The position numbers and the translations under genes are program-made. 64,000 bases of DNA from Lophium mytilinum (taxonomy: Eukaryota), in contig MU004183.1 of NCBI GenBank assembly GCA_010093605.1, positions 930,001-994,000 on the forward strand, in the 5' to 3' direction. Shown here one piece after another: positions 1 to 12,094 of this stretch (its first letter is position 1; every line of letters begins with the position of its first letter). Under the pieces are notes generated by a model that was not told the DNA's origin, ran no database searches, and saw only the letters and a list, made by a program, of their open reading frames with translations.

Positions 1-1716
1 CTGGGTCCTGTTAAACAAAAATCTCTACTAAAGTCCTTCGTTCGCCGATGGCCGTCCAGGGTTACGAGTTCGACGCCTGGTGTGTCCGTCCACTCGTTAG
101 AAAACAACACCTATCTACAAACCAAAACCAGTTGTTTTTTTGCTTTTTGATACGCCCCCGGAAGCAGAAGGAGTAATATGGAGGCCTGCTCACCACCTTT
201 TTTGCTAGAGCGCGCGGATATGAATGAGGGACTTATCACTGATGCAGGCCTTAGTGTATGATATACTCGGATAACGAGGTCGTGAGAAGATGACGCGCGT
301 ATGGTATAGGCTGAATATCAAAGGTTGGAGCTTTCGACGGTATTTTACCCAGAAATCCGGGTGTGGAGTATCGGTTGCTGAAAGACTTTGTTTGTAAAGG
401 GAGGGGCTGGTGTTTACGTGGCATGGCGCTGTGTCGCACAGTACACTATGAAGCTTTTATCCGATATCTTTTGCTTTATACGATCTACATTGACATTTTA
501 TGGCAGCGTTTGCTGTCTTTTCGCAGGATCACTCACGGCCGAAGTGGTAAAAGCGGACCAAACATCCCGTCCGGTCGCAAGTAAAGAGTGGTCTCCAAGA
601 TGGCAAGCATTTACTTCATGATAACTCGCCGCAGTTCTTAAGTAGCAAGGTCTAAAAGTGGAAGAAGCTCCTAGGGGTCTTTATGGGTCATATGCCGAGT
701 TCATATTTGTGACAATCGAAATAGGCCAACTCGATTGATTGTCGGTCTTTGTCTGTCATATTTTTTAAGTTCCAGGCGCAACTCAAAATCGCCTTTCAAT
801 CTCTCTTGATCCGTGATAGAGCAGAACGAGCGAGAGCAGTCCTCAGGAGAAGGGACCAATCGTTCTCGGATTGAAGCGATTTGAAATGAGCTCTCAACTT
901 CTCTTGGTTGAGTTCTGGGTCGATCATGCGAATGAGTTGCTCAAAAGAGGGCATCTTGCATCAACGGCGCGTAATATTGCAGTTCTGGAGGCCATACCGG
1001 AAATAATGCCTGGAGGTACCAATGGCGACTTGTGTGGCACTTTCTTGTCTTCTTCAAACATGAGAACGATCCGGTGGCAGTAAAAACAACTATGGGCATC
1101 CCATTCGCTGGGCTCCAAGGGTCTAGACATGATAGAGAGGCTCCGTTGAACATGAAGAGGCAGTACGGGTAGCCCGAAGTTCGACCAGGCTTGCGAACTC
1201 TGTTACTTCTGGTTTCATAGTGGCTTACTAGAGGATATGGAATAGTCGTAGGCGATTTACACATGTCTAGAGAGAATGATTCTTAGACGGAGCTTGGAAC
1301 AGGTTTTCGCATGTATTCCTCGACCGCCACTCGATGATCGACGGAGCTAATAAGATTGTAATGTCTCATGGAGAGAACGTACCAGTCTGACTGCTGCGCT
1401 GTGAAAGTGTCGCCAAAGGTGGTGGAAGTATTGGCGTTGATGCTCATAATGATGTTGACGGTTGGCGCTAGGAGCCTAGCACGTACGTAGGTTCCAGGTA
1501 TATAGAGAAGAGCCCCGCGTTGTTAATATTGCCAAGGAGCAAAGTCTGACAGTTAGGTCAATCAACCGATACTTAACACAGAAAGAACCTACCTAGACTT
1601 CGAACTCACCGTCCTAGAACTCTAGCCAACCACTCGCATATCTTCTAACAAAGGCCTGGCAAAAAGGCGAGTACAGATTGGTATTTCTACAGACACAAAA
1701 GCCTACATCTATCTAT

Positions 1717-3394
1717 CTACAAGAACTCTATTCCCACACCGAACGCGACCCCCTTGCGCCCGGCCTCTCCCCTCCGCTGCACCAATGGCAGTGAGAAAGC
1801 AACCTCGAACCTAGCGACGGGATGCGCGTACACAAGGCCCAATCCAGCCGCACAGCTCGGTAGGCCATCCTTCAGCGCCCCGAGCGTGCGCTGCATGCTG
1901 CCTAGAGTAGAGTCGCTGCCGTCCTTGCCCTTGCCTTTCAGCGCAAGCAGTCGTCCACCATTGATGAAGGCCTGCACACGTAGCGGTGTCTCGGCGCCGA
2001 GACGGGGTATGGGGAAGAGCAGGCTGGCGCCACCAGCAGCGAAGACATCACCGCCGACAGCGTCAGGGCCGTCGCGAGGACCTAAACCCCCTATGCGGAA
2101 GCCACGGACATCGGTGGGGCCACCGAGCTGGAAGCGGTCGTTGATGCGGGAGGAGAGAGGAGCGGGGTTTGAACTGCTGCCGAGCGCGAGAGGGTAGAGC
2201 AGGCCACCACGGAGGCCGGCGGTGAAGGTGATACCACTGCCAAGGGGAAGGGCAGCTTGGGTTTCGGCTTGGAGCTTTCCAAACGCGACATCGCCTTTCA
2301 GGGGCCCGAAGCCGGCAAGTTCGGACACGGTTTTCAGGAGATAGCCACGGTTAGGAAGGAGAGGATAGTCGCGCTCGTCTTTCGTCCAGGTGTGGGAGAT
2401 GCTGGACTTGAAAGAGTCGCCGGCGTCGTTGCGGACAGTGGGAGAGGCATTCGAGGCTAGCCCGGTGACCTGGCGCCAGATACCGGAGTACCCGACCTCA
2501 TGCTGATGGCCGCCTGGAGTTAACCACCTGAGCTTGGTATCGCCCCCCTTAACGACCTCTTCGTGGCTGGCCCAGCTTTTTAGTGTCGAGCTCGCAATAC
2601 CGTTCAGTTGGAATCGAAGATCGGGATTGCTGTTGATGGGAGTATCGAAGCCGACAGAGTAGGCAGATCGCGTCCGCGTGCCGAGGGAGGCATGTGCGTT
2701 CAGGGACTCTGCTCCGCCGAACAGATTGCGTAGTTGAGCGTTGACAAAGGCATTGCCCTCAGAATGGCCCACTTCCGTGCCAGTCTTGATGGTATATGCT
2801 CCCCTTTCTTGTGCAGAGATGTAGATAGCAATATCGGTGGGGCTCGTGGAGGGATCCGCGGGATCTGGCTTGTCTAGGTAAATGGAGATTGGGTTTTTGA
2901 AGATGTCTGTTGGTTGTGTCAGTCCAGGCTAGCGGATTGGATCTTGGAGCTGATGTACCAAAACGTTGGAGCTTGTTGGTCGCGTTCGACACATCTGCCA
3001 GAGCTTCGGCTAGTGTGTATGGCCCATCGCGATTGGCGCTTAGTAGCGGGTTGAAGATGCGCTCCAGAAAATCTCGCCGGGTATGTGAAGCGTGCAAGAC
3101 GCGGATCTCTGAGATGGTTGTCGGCCGAGTGGTGTTGTCGTCGATCTACGAAGCTATCAGTATGGAATTCCTACAAGCGTAGGCTAATAAGGAGCATACT
3201 ATTTCGAACAATCTTGACTGGGATTTCTGATACTGCGCGTGAAGCCTGTCATTGAACTCTTGCTCGCGCTTTTGCTCCTCGGCTGGGTCGGGCTTTTGGC
3301 GCAGCCGTTCGAAGACCTGCAGTCCCAACAGTCAGTAGATATTCAATTGAGCGGGAGAAGGGGCACGCACATCGTCTTCTATGGGGGAAGCCAT
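1717..3394 (-). CDS. SAM50: Mitochondrial outer-membrane SAM complex beta-barrel subunit Sam50/Tob55 (Omp85 family); 4 exons
   Basis: ATG at 3394 (MASPIEDD) and three GT-AG introns. POTRA-like segment HTRRDFLERIF, NLFGGAESL, DRFQLGGPTDVRGF motif, and C-terminal beta-signal GVAFGVGIEFL. Confidence 0.93.
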
Positions 3395-3730
3395 TGAGGC
3401 CGGTGGTGTGTCGCAGTGCGGTCGAGCTGTTCCTCCAACGGGCGTCGGGAAGATGGTGCCAAGCACCCACGGTCTGCGACTGTGACGGCACGGATCCACT
3501 CCAGGGTCTTTCGACTGTCTATCTTCTATCTCACTTCTCTCCGCGTCCACTTCAACCTCGCTCCTTAACTTCTCTCCCCTTCTTCTGCCGCCTCTTCTGC
3601 GTGTCTCTGTTCTGCCAACGCAAGCAAGAGCAGTCTAGAATACCTAATCTTCTATTCTCCCTTGTTCTCTTCCGCACCCTCCATCCTACACCCGCATCCC
3701 ACCCTCCAACCTCCCCCGTCGTCTCTCACC

Positions 3731-4582
3731 ATGGCTACACCCGGAGCCACCAAGCGCCTGACCAAAGAATACCAAGCCATCTCCAAAAGCCCGCCGCCCT
3801 ACATCATCGCGCACCCCTCGGAGCGCAACATCCTCGAATGGCACTACATCCTGACCGGGCCACCCGAGACGCCCTACGTCGGCGGCCAATACTGGGGCAC
3901 CCTCATCTTCCCGCCCGACTACCCCTTCGCGCCGCCTGCCATCCGCATGCACACGCCCAGCGGCCGCTTCCAGCCCTCGACGCGCCTGTGCCTCAGCATC
4001 TCCGACTTCCACCCCAAGTCCTTCAATCCGGCGTGGGAGGTCTCGACCATCCTGACCGGCCTGCTCAGCTTCATGACCTCGGAGGAGATGACAACGGGCA
4101 GCGTGCGCGCGACAGACCACGAGCGTAAACTCTTCGCGGCCCGCACCCGATGGTGGAACTCGACCGGCGGCGGCACCTCGACGCGCACGATCCCCGGCAT
4201 CACCAGCGTGCAGAGCTCCAACACCCGTGGGAACGGCGGCATCAAGGCGGGTGACGGCGGCGTCAAGTTCAGGAAGGAGTGGCCGGAGCTGGACGAGGAG
4301 AATTGGAGGATCTTGAAGGAGAAACGCATCGATCCAGTGTCGGGCATGACCGCGGCGCCGGAGAGTTCGCATGGCCCTTGCTCGCCCGAGGCGGCGGCGC
4401 TGCGGCGGCGACGACCGGGCGGTTCTGCGACGGGCGTCGGGGCGGTGGTGCAGGGCGGGCAGGTTGCGAGAGATGCGGGACAGAGCTGGCTTGGGAGAAA
4501 CAAGTGGCGGATAGTGTTTGGGGCTTTCTTCAGCTACATCCTGATTGCGCGGATGCTGGGAGAGGGCGTCTCCACCCCTTGA
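3731..4582 (+). CDS. UBC6: ER tail-anchored ubiquitin-conjugating enzyme E2 (Ubc6/UBE2J family), intronless
   Basis: MATPGATKRLTKEY start, TPSGRF and active-site RLCLSISDFHPKSFNPAW, hydrophobic C-terminal anchor WRIVFGAFFSYILIARML. Divergent from SAM50. Confidence 0.95.
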   Translation: MATPGATKRLTKEYQAISKSPPPYIIAHPSERNILEWHYILTGPPETPYVGGQYWGTLIFPPDYPFAPPAIRMHTPSGRFQPSTRLCLSISDFHPKSFNPAWEVSTILTGLLSFMTSEEMTTGSVRATDHERKLFAARTRWWNSTGGGTSTRTIPGITSVQSSNTRGNGGIKAGDGGVKFRKEWPELDEENWRILKEKRIDPVSGMTAAPESSHGPCSPEAAALRRRRPGGSATGVGAVVQGGQVARDAGQSWLGRNKWRIVFGAFFSYILIARMLGEGVSTP

Positions 4583-7500
4583 GAGCTAGGGTTCAGGCGA
4601 GGCTTTGTGTACTAAAATAAGAGCGGTGTTCTTGGAGTCTTCAGATTTTGGGATGGGCAAGCAAGGGGTTTGATATCAACGGTTCGGTCTGTGGCATTTC
4701 AAATTCCCCATTAAGATGTATGCTATTGGAGCACACTAGCGTTCTGCGGAACGAAACAATCAATGAATCATTCGTTCACTCGCACACTTTTGCATCAAAG
4801 GTATCACGCCCCTTCCACTCAGCTACATCAGAAGGGCAATAATCTGCCCTTGTCTTCAAACCCTCTCCTCACGTGACCGCCTACAACCACGTCTGTGCCC
4901 AGCTCGAAGAGGAAATATACATTAGAAGAAGGGTCAGGTTTTCCAATTAGATACACTACACATAACCTATTACAGCTTCTGAAAAGAAACCTCGCCTGAA
5001 GCCCCCTGTTCATGGTCACAACCGCAGACGTAGTCAAGCAATAAGCACGTTTAGTCTTTATATATATGCGCGCTGGGAAAGAAGGGTACTAAGTTGGAAA
5101 GTATTTCGTATGTCCCGTCGACTCTTGTGCAACGAGGAGTGCGTTATCTTCTAATAGGTTATAGCATACCGTCTTGGCTTGTGATCAAGTGCTCGCTTGT
5201 TAGATTTACAAAGATTGGGTGGGGCGTTTGGGGATGCATGGTAGCGCTCTGGTGCAACCGTGGAGTCTGTGGTAGGTGGTCTTTACTAGAGTGCTGCAGC
5301 TGAAAAGGGAGTGTTGAAGTGTGTGAGTATACTCTTGTGAAGGCGAGAGGCAAGACTACAGCTTAAGAACAATACAGATGAACGTGTGTGAAGGAATGCA
5401 GGTTTGGGGCTGGTCCCGCTCGTGAGCAACACTGCCTCTCCCCTTTTCGTACAAAATCTGTGCCTGCTTAGCTCACTCTTCGCAGCCAGACCAATAAAGC
5501 CTTTTAATAACATCCTGTGAAAGACGCAGCTACCCGTACCTTGCGACACGCTGCATCTTCCTTATCTCCTTGCGGCCCACCTAGACTCTCGCTTTCGTAC
5601 ATGTCTTGGTGCCAGTACCACCGTTTGTGTCAGGATGCCTCGTGCTTGACCATCTTGTCCTTGACTTGTTCCCCTCAAAGCGACCTCATCCTTTTCAACG
5701 CCTGCTGCCTCTTGAAAAATGCCGCATAGGCACTGCACGCCTATACCAGGCCTCAGATATCGGCATCACCGCCGCACCCCCAATCCCAGCCCTTCCACTC
5801 GCAAGCGTCCCGCCCTCGCATCATCTGCCAGGACTGCGTCCGATAGTCGTGCAAACGCCTGTTCTATGCCACAACATCCGTCATTGAGCTTGTGGTAGCA
5901 ACAAGCCCAGCCGTTCTCACCGCGCCATCCCGAACATCCGCTCCCAGAAGATTTCGGCATCGATCAGCCACGGCGCCATCGCGTCTAGGGCTTGCTCTGG
6001 ATTCATCCCGGTAGCTTGGCAGGGCTCGAGCAGGCCGATGGCGAGCACGAAGATGTCGCAGGTAGAGATGATGGTGCGGACGACGTTGCAGCTAACGATG
6101 CCGTGGGGCATCTGGGCGGTGCTGGAGTGGTGAACACTATTTCAGGTGGTAGGTGGGTATCAGATTCTGCTGACAATGCAGGGCTCGGATTGTCGGAGAT
6201 GTGAGTGTAGGGCCTCGTGGCTCCTTAGTGCCTCCTCGTCTCTGTGGCTGTTTGCTACCGCGAGACTGTTGCTGTGATACCGAGTGCGCGATTGCGGAGT
6301 TGTACAGGTGATTCCCAAAGATAGTAAGGTCGTGGGGCGTTGTCGCGAGGAATTGATATTGGAGAGAAGATTGTCTCAACATCAGCGATGGGGATCTGGG
6401 CAAAAGAAGGTCTCGGAGTCAGACGGGAGGCGAAGGGAACGTGTGTACGTCTGTATTATGGTGACCTCAGCTGCTGCGAGGGTCAGCAGAGCAGGTGATT
6501 CCTTGCATGAGATTCGTACTTTGCGGAAGACCACGCCCGATAGGCTAGACTTGGCTCCATAACGTTTGACTTGCGGGCTTTTCAGTGCGTAGAGTTTGTT
6601 GCTGTACTCCTTTTCGATACCTAGGAGGAGGCGTTTAAAGGGTGGTAGGCGGTGCGATTGGTGTTGAATCAGCAGGTAGACCCTGGTCGAAGGTGGATTT
6701 CTGCAAGCGGGTTGGCTCGCTTGAGGGTGAAGAGTAGCGAATCAGCGGGCGAGACCTCCGATAGAGACCTTGCATGGTCGAAGGCGGCGAGATTAGTGCT
6801 GTTTGTTACTTGGGAGGCAAATGCAGTCAAAAGGGATAGGTATTCCGGAGCAACGGATAGGTTTGCTAGACAATGAAAGACTGCGCAGTGCTGAAGTGCC
6901 TTCCGTGTTCAGGAACGGGCACCAGGATCTCGAAAACGCGTCGAAGCTAGGAAGTATTGCCACTCGCTGTGTCTTATTGCTTGTCCAGTCCGGAGCTGTT
7001 TTTTTGCTGCGCTGGATCGTGGCGTAAGCTACTGATATCGATTTTGCCGCACATCCTTCACCTTCAACCGCTTCTTTGGTCCACTAGTATGCTTCGGAAG
7101 ATGCTGCAATCGTAGATCACGCTCTCGTATTCATTAGATTCATGGTTCGTGATCAGCCTAGTTTCTGCGAACATGTCAGTCATCAGTTGGACATTCCCTG
7201 CAGTCACAGCCCTAAGACTTTTCTGAAGGGGGAAACCGAAAGTCCGCGATGGGAGCAGCTCAGCACGAATGATCTGCCTAAGCATGAAGATGGTTTCGAT
7301 ATAGATGGGCTCTAGCTGCGTATCAACGTTAGAAAGGTAGACGGGAGTGCCAGCAGGTCCTAGACTGGGGACATATGCGCTCCATTCGTTTCAGACACAG
7401 AATGCAGAAAACTGCACAAGAGATACTGGCATCTTAGACCAAGTAGGCACTCGAATCAACGATGATATCTCAGTTCAAGGAATCTGATATTGATATCAGG

Positions 7501-9101
7501 ATTTCGAGGGGTTTAAGAAAGTGGGATAGTCAAGTGCACTTGTTCTTCTGGTGACTGGTTTCTCGATAACCTTCGGCAATGTCGTTCGCAGACCCAGTTC
7601 ATGCGGTACAGTACCTTAGCAGAAAGCTCATGTTGGAGGAATTCCACATGCTGATAGACGGCCCACTTGCTGCTGTTTGGGGTGCTTCAGCGTACCTGCC
7701 TATGGTTGTGACAAACAGACCTGTCAGTGGATCCAATAGGAGGCCACAGAATAAAGTTTTGCTAGGCTCATCATGGTCACCGAATTCTTCAGGTATGCCA
7801 GTACGGGGGGCCTTGGACTATTACACTGATTCAAAATTAAAGCATGCTGGATAGGGAGTCTTTTGAAACGAACCACGCTTGGTGCTCTTCCCTAGACCCG
7901 AGTGCGTGCTGCTCTTCCTTGCAAGAGTGTGGGAGGCGGGTCATGAGGCAATGCGCGTCAAGGAGGGGCAGGTGAGCATCAAGCACACTGCCACCAATGG
8001 CGATACTGATAGCTGCAGCGACCTTCTAAAGCCAAGCGGGCGCAAAAGCTTACCTAACGCCCTGATAGTCAGTTTGGTGAGAGATGTCGTTGTAGTGCAT
8101 TTCTGTGGTTGCATGTGGCGCTGTGAGCTGTGCACTCGATTCCTTCGACGATCAACGCGGCAAATAGGGTTGCACTGAACGACATTCTCGGGCAGCCCAT
8201 CTACTACACAGCCGTGTGCGAGGAGGAGGTTCCGATGAGGCACAGAGAATTGAAAGTTGAGAGGAAAGAAGAGAAGAGAAAGAGAAGGGCGCTAGAAGAC
8301 ATGGGTGATTGGGGTGGCCCCTGGCAAGCGAGTAGATCATCGCCACCGACCCTGGGACGACACCCGTTGTCAGGAAACAATGCGTGCCAGTTTAGACCCA
8401 TTACAGCCTGAATTGCCCATCGAACCCCTCGATTTCCTGGCTGGACTGTATGCTGCAAAGCACTGCTGGGTCTGGGGCGTCGAGAAAGCATCCCTGATCC
8501 GCCATACCCCCGAGTCGGCACGGAAGGGACCTCCGAGTACGTTGCTGCTGCCCGGCCAAAGTCCATCACTCGACTTCTTCCTGATGAACCAAAGCTCATG
8601 CCCTCAAGCCTACTAGTCTTGGATCACTCGCCTGGGCGTGCAAAGGTCTGGGCAAGCTCAGGCTTAGGGCCCGCCACTGGGAGTGGTGAAGGCCGTGTTC
8701 CACTGCATCCAGTCCTTGTGTCTTGCCAAACGATGTCCAACCTCTCTGCGGCAGCCCGTACTCTGAGCAGAGTAGCACTGCTATACTATGCGAGCGGGCA
8801 GTCACAGGTATGGCTAGAAACATCCTGGAAGGGTGTCTTGCCGCCATTGGAAGCCGATGCGGCCTGTAATATATGACCCTTGTGCTCGGTAGCAGGCCAG
8901 AATGAGTAGATCCTGGGGGGAAGCCTGAGTGCTAATGGTATTCTGGGGTCTCTAGCAGCGTCCGTATCCGTCAATGGCTGGCGCCGGCTAGCGGCGCCGT
9001 TGGAGCGGCGACCAAAACGTGGGAGTGAATGTGTCTTGGCAGACGCACCTGCCTCTTGAGCAGGTGGCCACACGCCAGTTCACACGCAGAGCAGCGGCCC
9101 G

Positions 9102-9135
9102 TACATAAAAAGCCCCCGCCTCTCCGCACCTCCAG
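9102..9135 (+). promoter_or_regulatory. TATA-like element (TACATAAAA) with adjacent CreA/Cre1-type SYGGRG sites, upstream of the sugar transporter
   Basis: TACATAAAA about 130 bp before the ATG at 9236, followed by CCCCGC (9114), CTCCGC (9122) and CTCCAG (9130), each an SYGGRG on the reverse strand. Confidence 0.5.
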
Positions 9136-9235
9136 CTTCTTCTCGACACCTTCTCACCTCCACTCACCACCACCTCTTTCTCTCCACCTAAGCACATCTA
9201 CAAGTTCCCACCCAAGCTTGGCTGGCATCTTCAAC

Positions 9236-11082
9236 ATGTGGACCACCTACAACATTTACGCCATTTGCGCGTTTGCTGCCATTGGTAAGTTCCCCCGCTA
9301 CCCCAGCTTCTGCAGCATTTCACTAATAGCCTCATAGGCGGTGGCTTGTTCGGCTTCGATATCTCGTCCATGAGCGGCGTGCTCGGCACGAATGCCTACA
9401 AGAACTACTTCGGCAACCGTAAGACTTCGTCCCCGCGAGCTCCCAATCGTTCATACACTGACAACCTGCAGCTGCTGGCTACCGCCAAGGCGGCATCACT
9501 GCTTCCATGCCCGCGGGCTCCCTCGTCGGTGCCCTGGCCTCTTCGTTCATTGCAGACAAGCTCTCCCGTAGGACTGCGATCCAGATCGCGGCCATCATTT
9601 GGATCATTGGCGCCACCCTTCAGACTGCCTCGAATGGCATCGCCCTCCTCTGCATCGGCCGTGTCGTCGCTGGTCTCTGCGTCGGCATCGCATCTGCCAT
9701 TGTCCCGGTTTACCAAGCCGAGATTGCCCCCAAGGAAATCCGAGGACGTGTGGTGACGTTACAGCAATGGGCTATCACCTGGTATGTACCACTCTGCGCC
9801 AAAGGTCAATGGGCTCTCCGCTAACACAACATAGGGGTATCTTGATCCAGTACTTCATTCAGTACGGCGCTTCCTTTGTCGACGGTGGCCCAAAGGCTCC
9901 CAACCAGGGAACTGCCGCATTTCGAATCCCATGGGGTATCCAAATAGTTCCTGCCTTCATTCTCTTCGTCGGCATGTTCTTCTTGCCCAGGTCTCCCCGC
10001 TGGCTCGCGAGCAAGGATCGTTGGGAGGAGGCGTAAGTGGCAACTGATACTACCCTACGTTGAATTGGCTGACAACGTACAAAGAATACAAGTGCTCGCT
10101 CACCTCCACGGAGGCGGCGACGTGAATAACCCCAAAGTCTTGGCCGAATACCACGAAATCGAGGAAGCCCTTCGCTTCGAGCGCGAGGAAGCAGTCAGCA
10201 GCTATCGGGCTCTTGTTGCGCCTCGCATGTTCAAGCGTGTCATCTTGGGAATGTCCATCCAGATGTGGTCTCAGCTCTGCGGCATGAACATCATGAGTAC
10301 GTTAGCCTCCACATATAGCACGCGCTCACCACTAACCAACTCTAGTGTACTACATCGTCTACATCATGGAGGGTGCTGGCATTGCCAATGAACTGCTCAC
10401 CTCCTCCATCCAGTACATCATCAACGTCGCGCTTACTTTGCCCGCTATCCTGTACCTCGACAAGTTCGGCCGTCGCCCAGCTCTCCTTTGCGGTTCGTTC
10501 GGCATGATGACTTTCCTCTTCATCAGCGGCGCGCTTCAAGCTAGCTACGGCATGCCCAACCCCGACAAGTCCAACAAAGCTATTACTTGGATTGTTCAGG
10601 ATCACCAGAGCGTGTCCAAGGGTATAGTCGCCTGCTCCTACTTGTTCGTCGCCACTTTCGCCACTACTTGGGGCCCAACTTCCTGGACATATCCTTCGGA
10701 GATCTTCCCATCCAAGATCCGTGCCAAGGCCGTCTCACTGGCCACCGCCTCCAATTGGGCCTGGAACTGCGCCCTTGCCTTCGGTGTCCCCCCGCTTCTC
10801 CAGAATATCAACTGGAAGATGTACATGATCTTCGCCACCTTCAATGGTCTTGCCCTCATCCACATGTTTCTGACTGCTCCCGAGACCAAGGGCAAGACCC
10901 TCGAGGAGATGGACGAGGTCTTCGACTCCGGCATCCCGGCATGGCGTGGCGTCAAGAAGGGCTCCAGGCTCGACGAGCTGCAGAGCCGGATTGAGACGGG
11001 CGAGCTCAAGGTTGGGGGCTTCCACGGCCGTGACCAGTCCGGTGCTGCTACCGGGGTCGAGCATCTCGGGAAGGCGGAGTAG
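9236..11082 (+). CDS. MFS sugar porter, high-affinity glucose transporter HGT1-like; 6 exons
   Basis: Spliced product MWTTYNIYAICAFAAIGGGLFGFDISSMSG, with PVYQAEIAPKEIRGR, PRSPRWL, QMWSQLCGMN, DKFGRR and PETKGKTLEEMD sugar-porter motifs; five canonical introns. Confidence 0.93.
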
Positions 11083-12094
11083 GTTGACTAACATAGTGAC
11101 TTAGATACGACAAGGTAGAGTTGGGGTTCGTCGTACAGGGCTACACTATACTGGGGTGAAGATGGGGTGCATTGTTGAAAGTTGCGGCCACATGCTTTCG
11201 GAGGTCTTTACGAAGCCTCCCGCTCGGAATCTCATGACTGGACGACCATCGGTCATTAGGTAGGCAAGCGTTTTCTGCGATTGCTCAAATAGTAGGCGCG
11301 AATGGTAATACCCGTATTGCGGTCTAGTCTCAATTGGTCCCATTGCGTTCATGTCAGTGACATCGGTATGCCTTTTATGTCACTTTCTAAGGCGTTTGTG
11401 CACTTGGAATCTGTGTTGATTGCTCAATGCCGTGAAGTAGCGACGAACTGTTCACCAACGCTTGGTATTCCGTAAGATTCCCACCTCGTGGATCAATCAG
11501 CTTTTCACACGCTAGTTCCGCAAGGCCTCCTTGAACAGGGCCACTGAACCACTTTGACATTACAATATACTAACATGTACGAAAGATTTAGCATGCGATT
11601 CGGAGTTGTTCATGATGTGTTCTGGAGGAACACTATGAATTGAACCCGTTGCGAGAGAGAAGCAAACGAAAGCTAATCTGCATCTGAGCTACAGGTCAGT
11701 AGTCTGCGGTATGCGCCCTACAATAATTGCGTCACTCGAATGTTTTAATTATGAGAATCTGTCTTGGATTGATCTGTTCTCTACAAAGTCCAAAGTGTAT
11801 CCATCCTAGCTGCTTTGCTAGCCTCTTCGGACAAGCCAATACATCTAAGAGACCGTACTGGTTTGCGCAATAGGCGTAGTGTTGGCCACACCCCACTCAG
11901 CCTGTCCTCGAAGTATCCAGGCCTGACCCAGAACTCGGAGGATAAGAAAAATCTAGCTGGGTGTGTAGTTCAGGGAGAACAGAAGCCTACCATTCCCATC
12001 CCGTGAAAGAGAAATATAGACGCCGAAACATGCCTGGGGCAAAAGAGGCCCAGAAGAGAATCATACAAACATTAGCACCCGAGTACCCACCGCC

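Noticed and set aside
1..150. tRNA-like signals (CTGTTAA loop, GAGTTCGAC B-box-like motif, downstream T-tracts)
   Set aside because: I could not build a consistent cloverleaf: the T-stem and anticodon stem do not pair properly, and the region is cut by the window edge. tRNAscan-SE on the extended sequence would settle it.
60..1270. Possible HET-domain pseudogene (HSCFYCHRIV, YYSFCFRG, WFVDRCCF fragments on the - strand)
   Set aside because: Motif spacing does not fit a HET domain and the frames are full of stops; the resemblance is probably chance.
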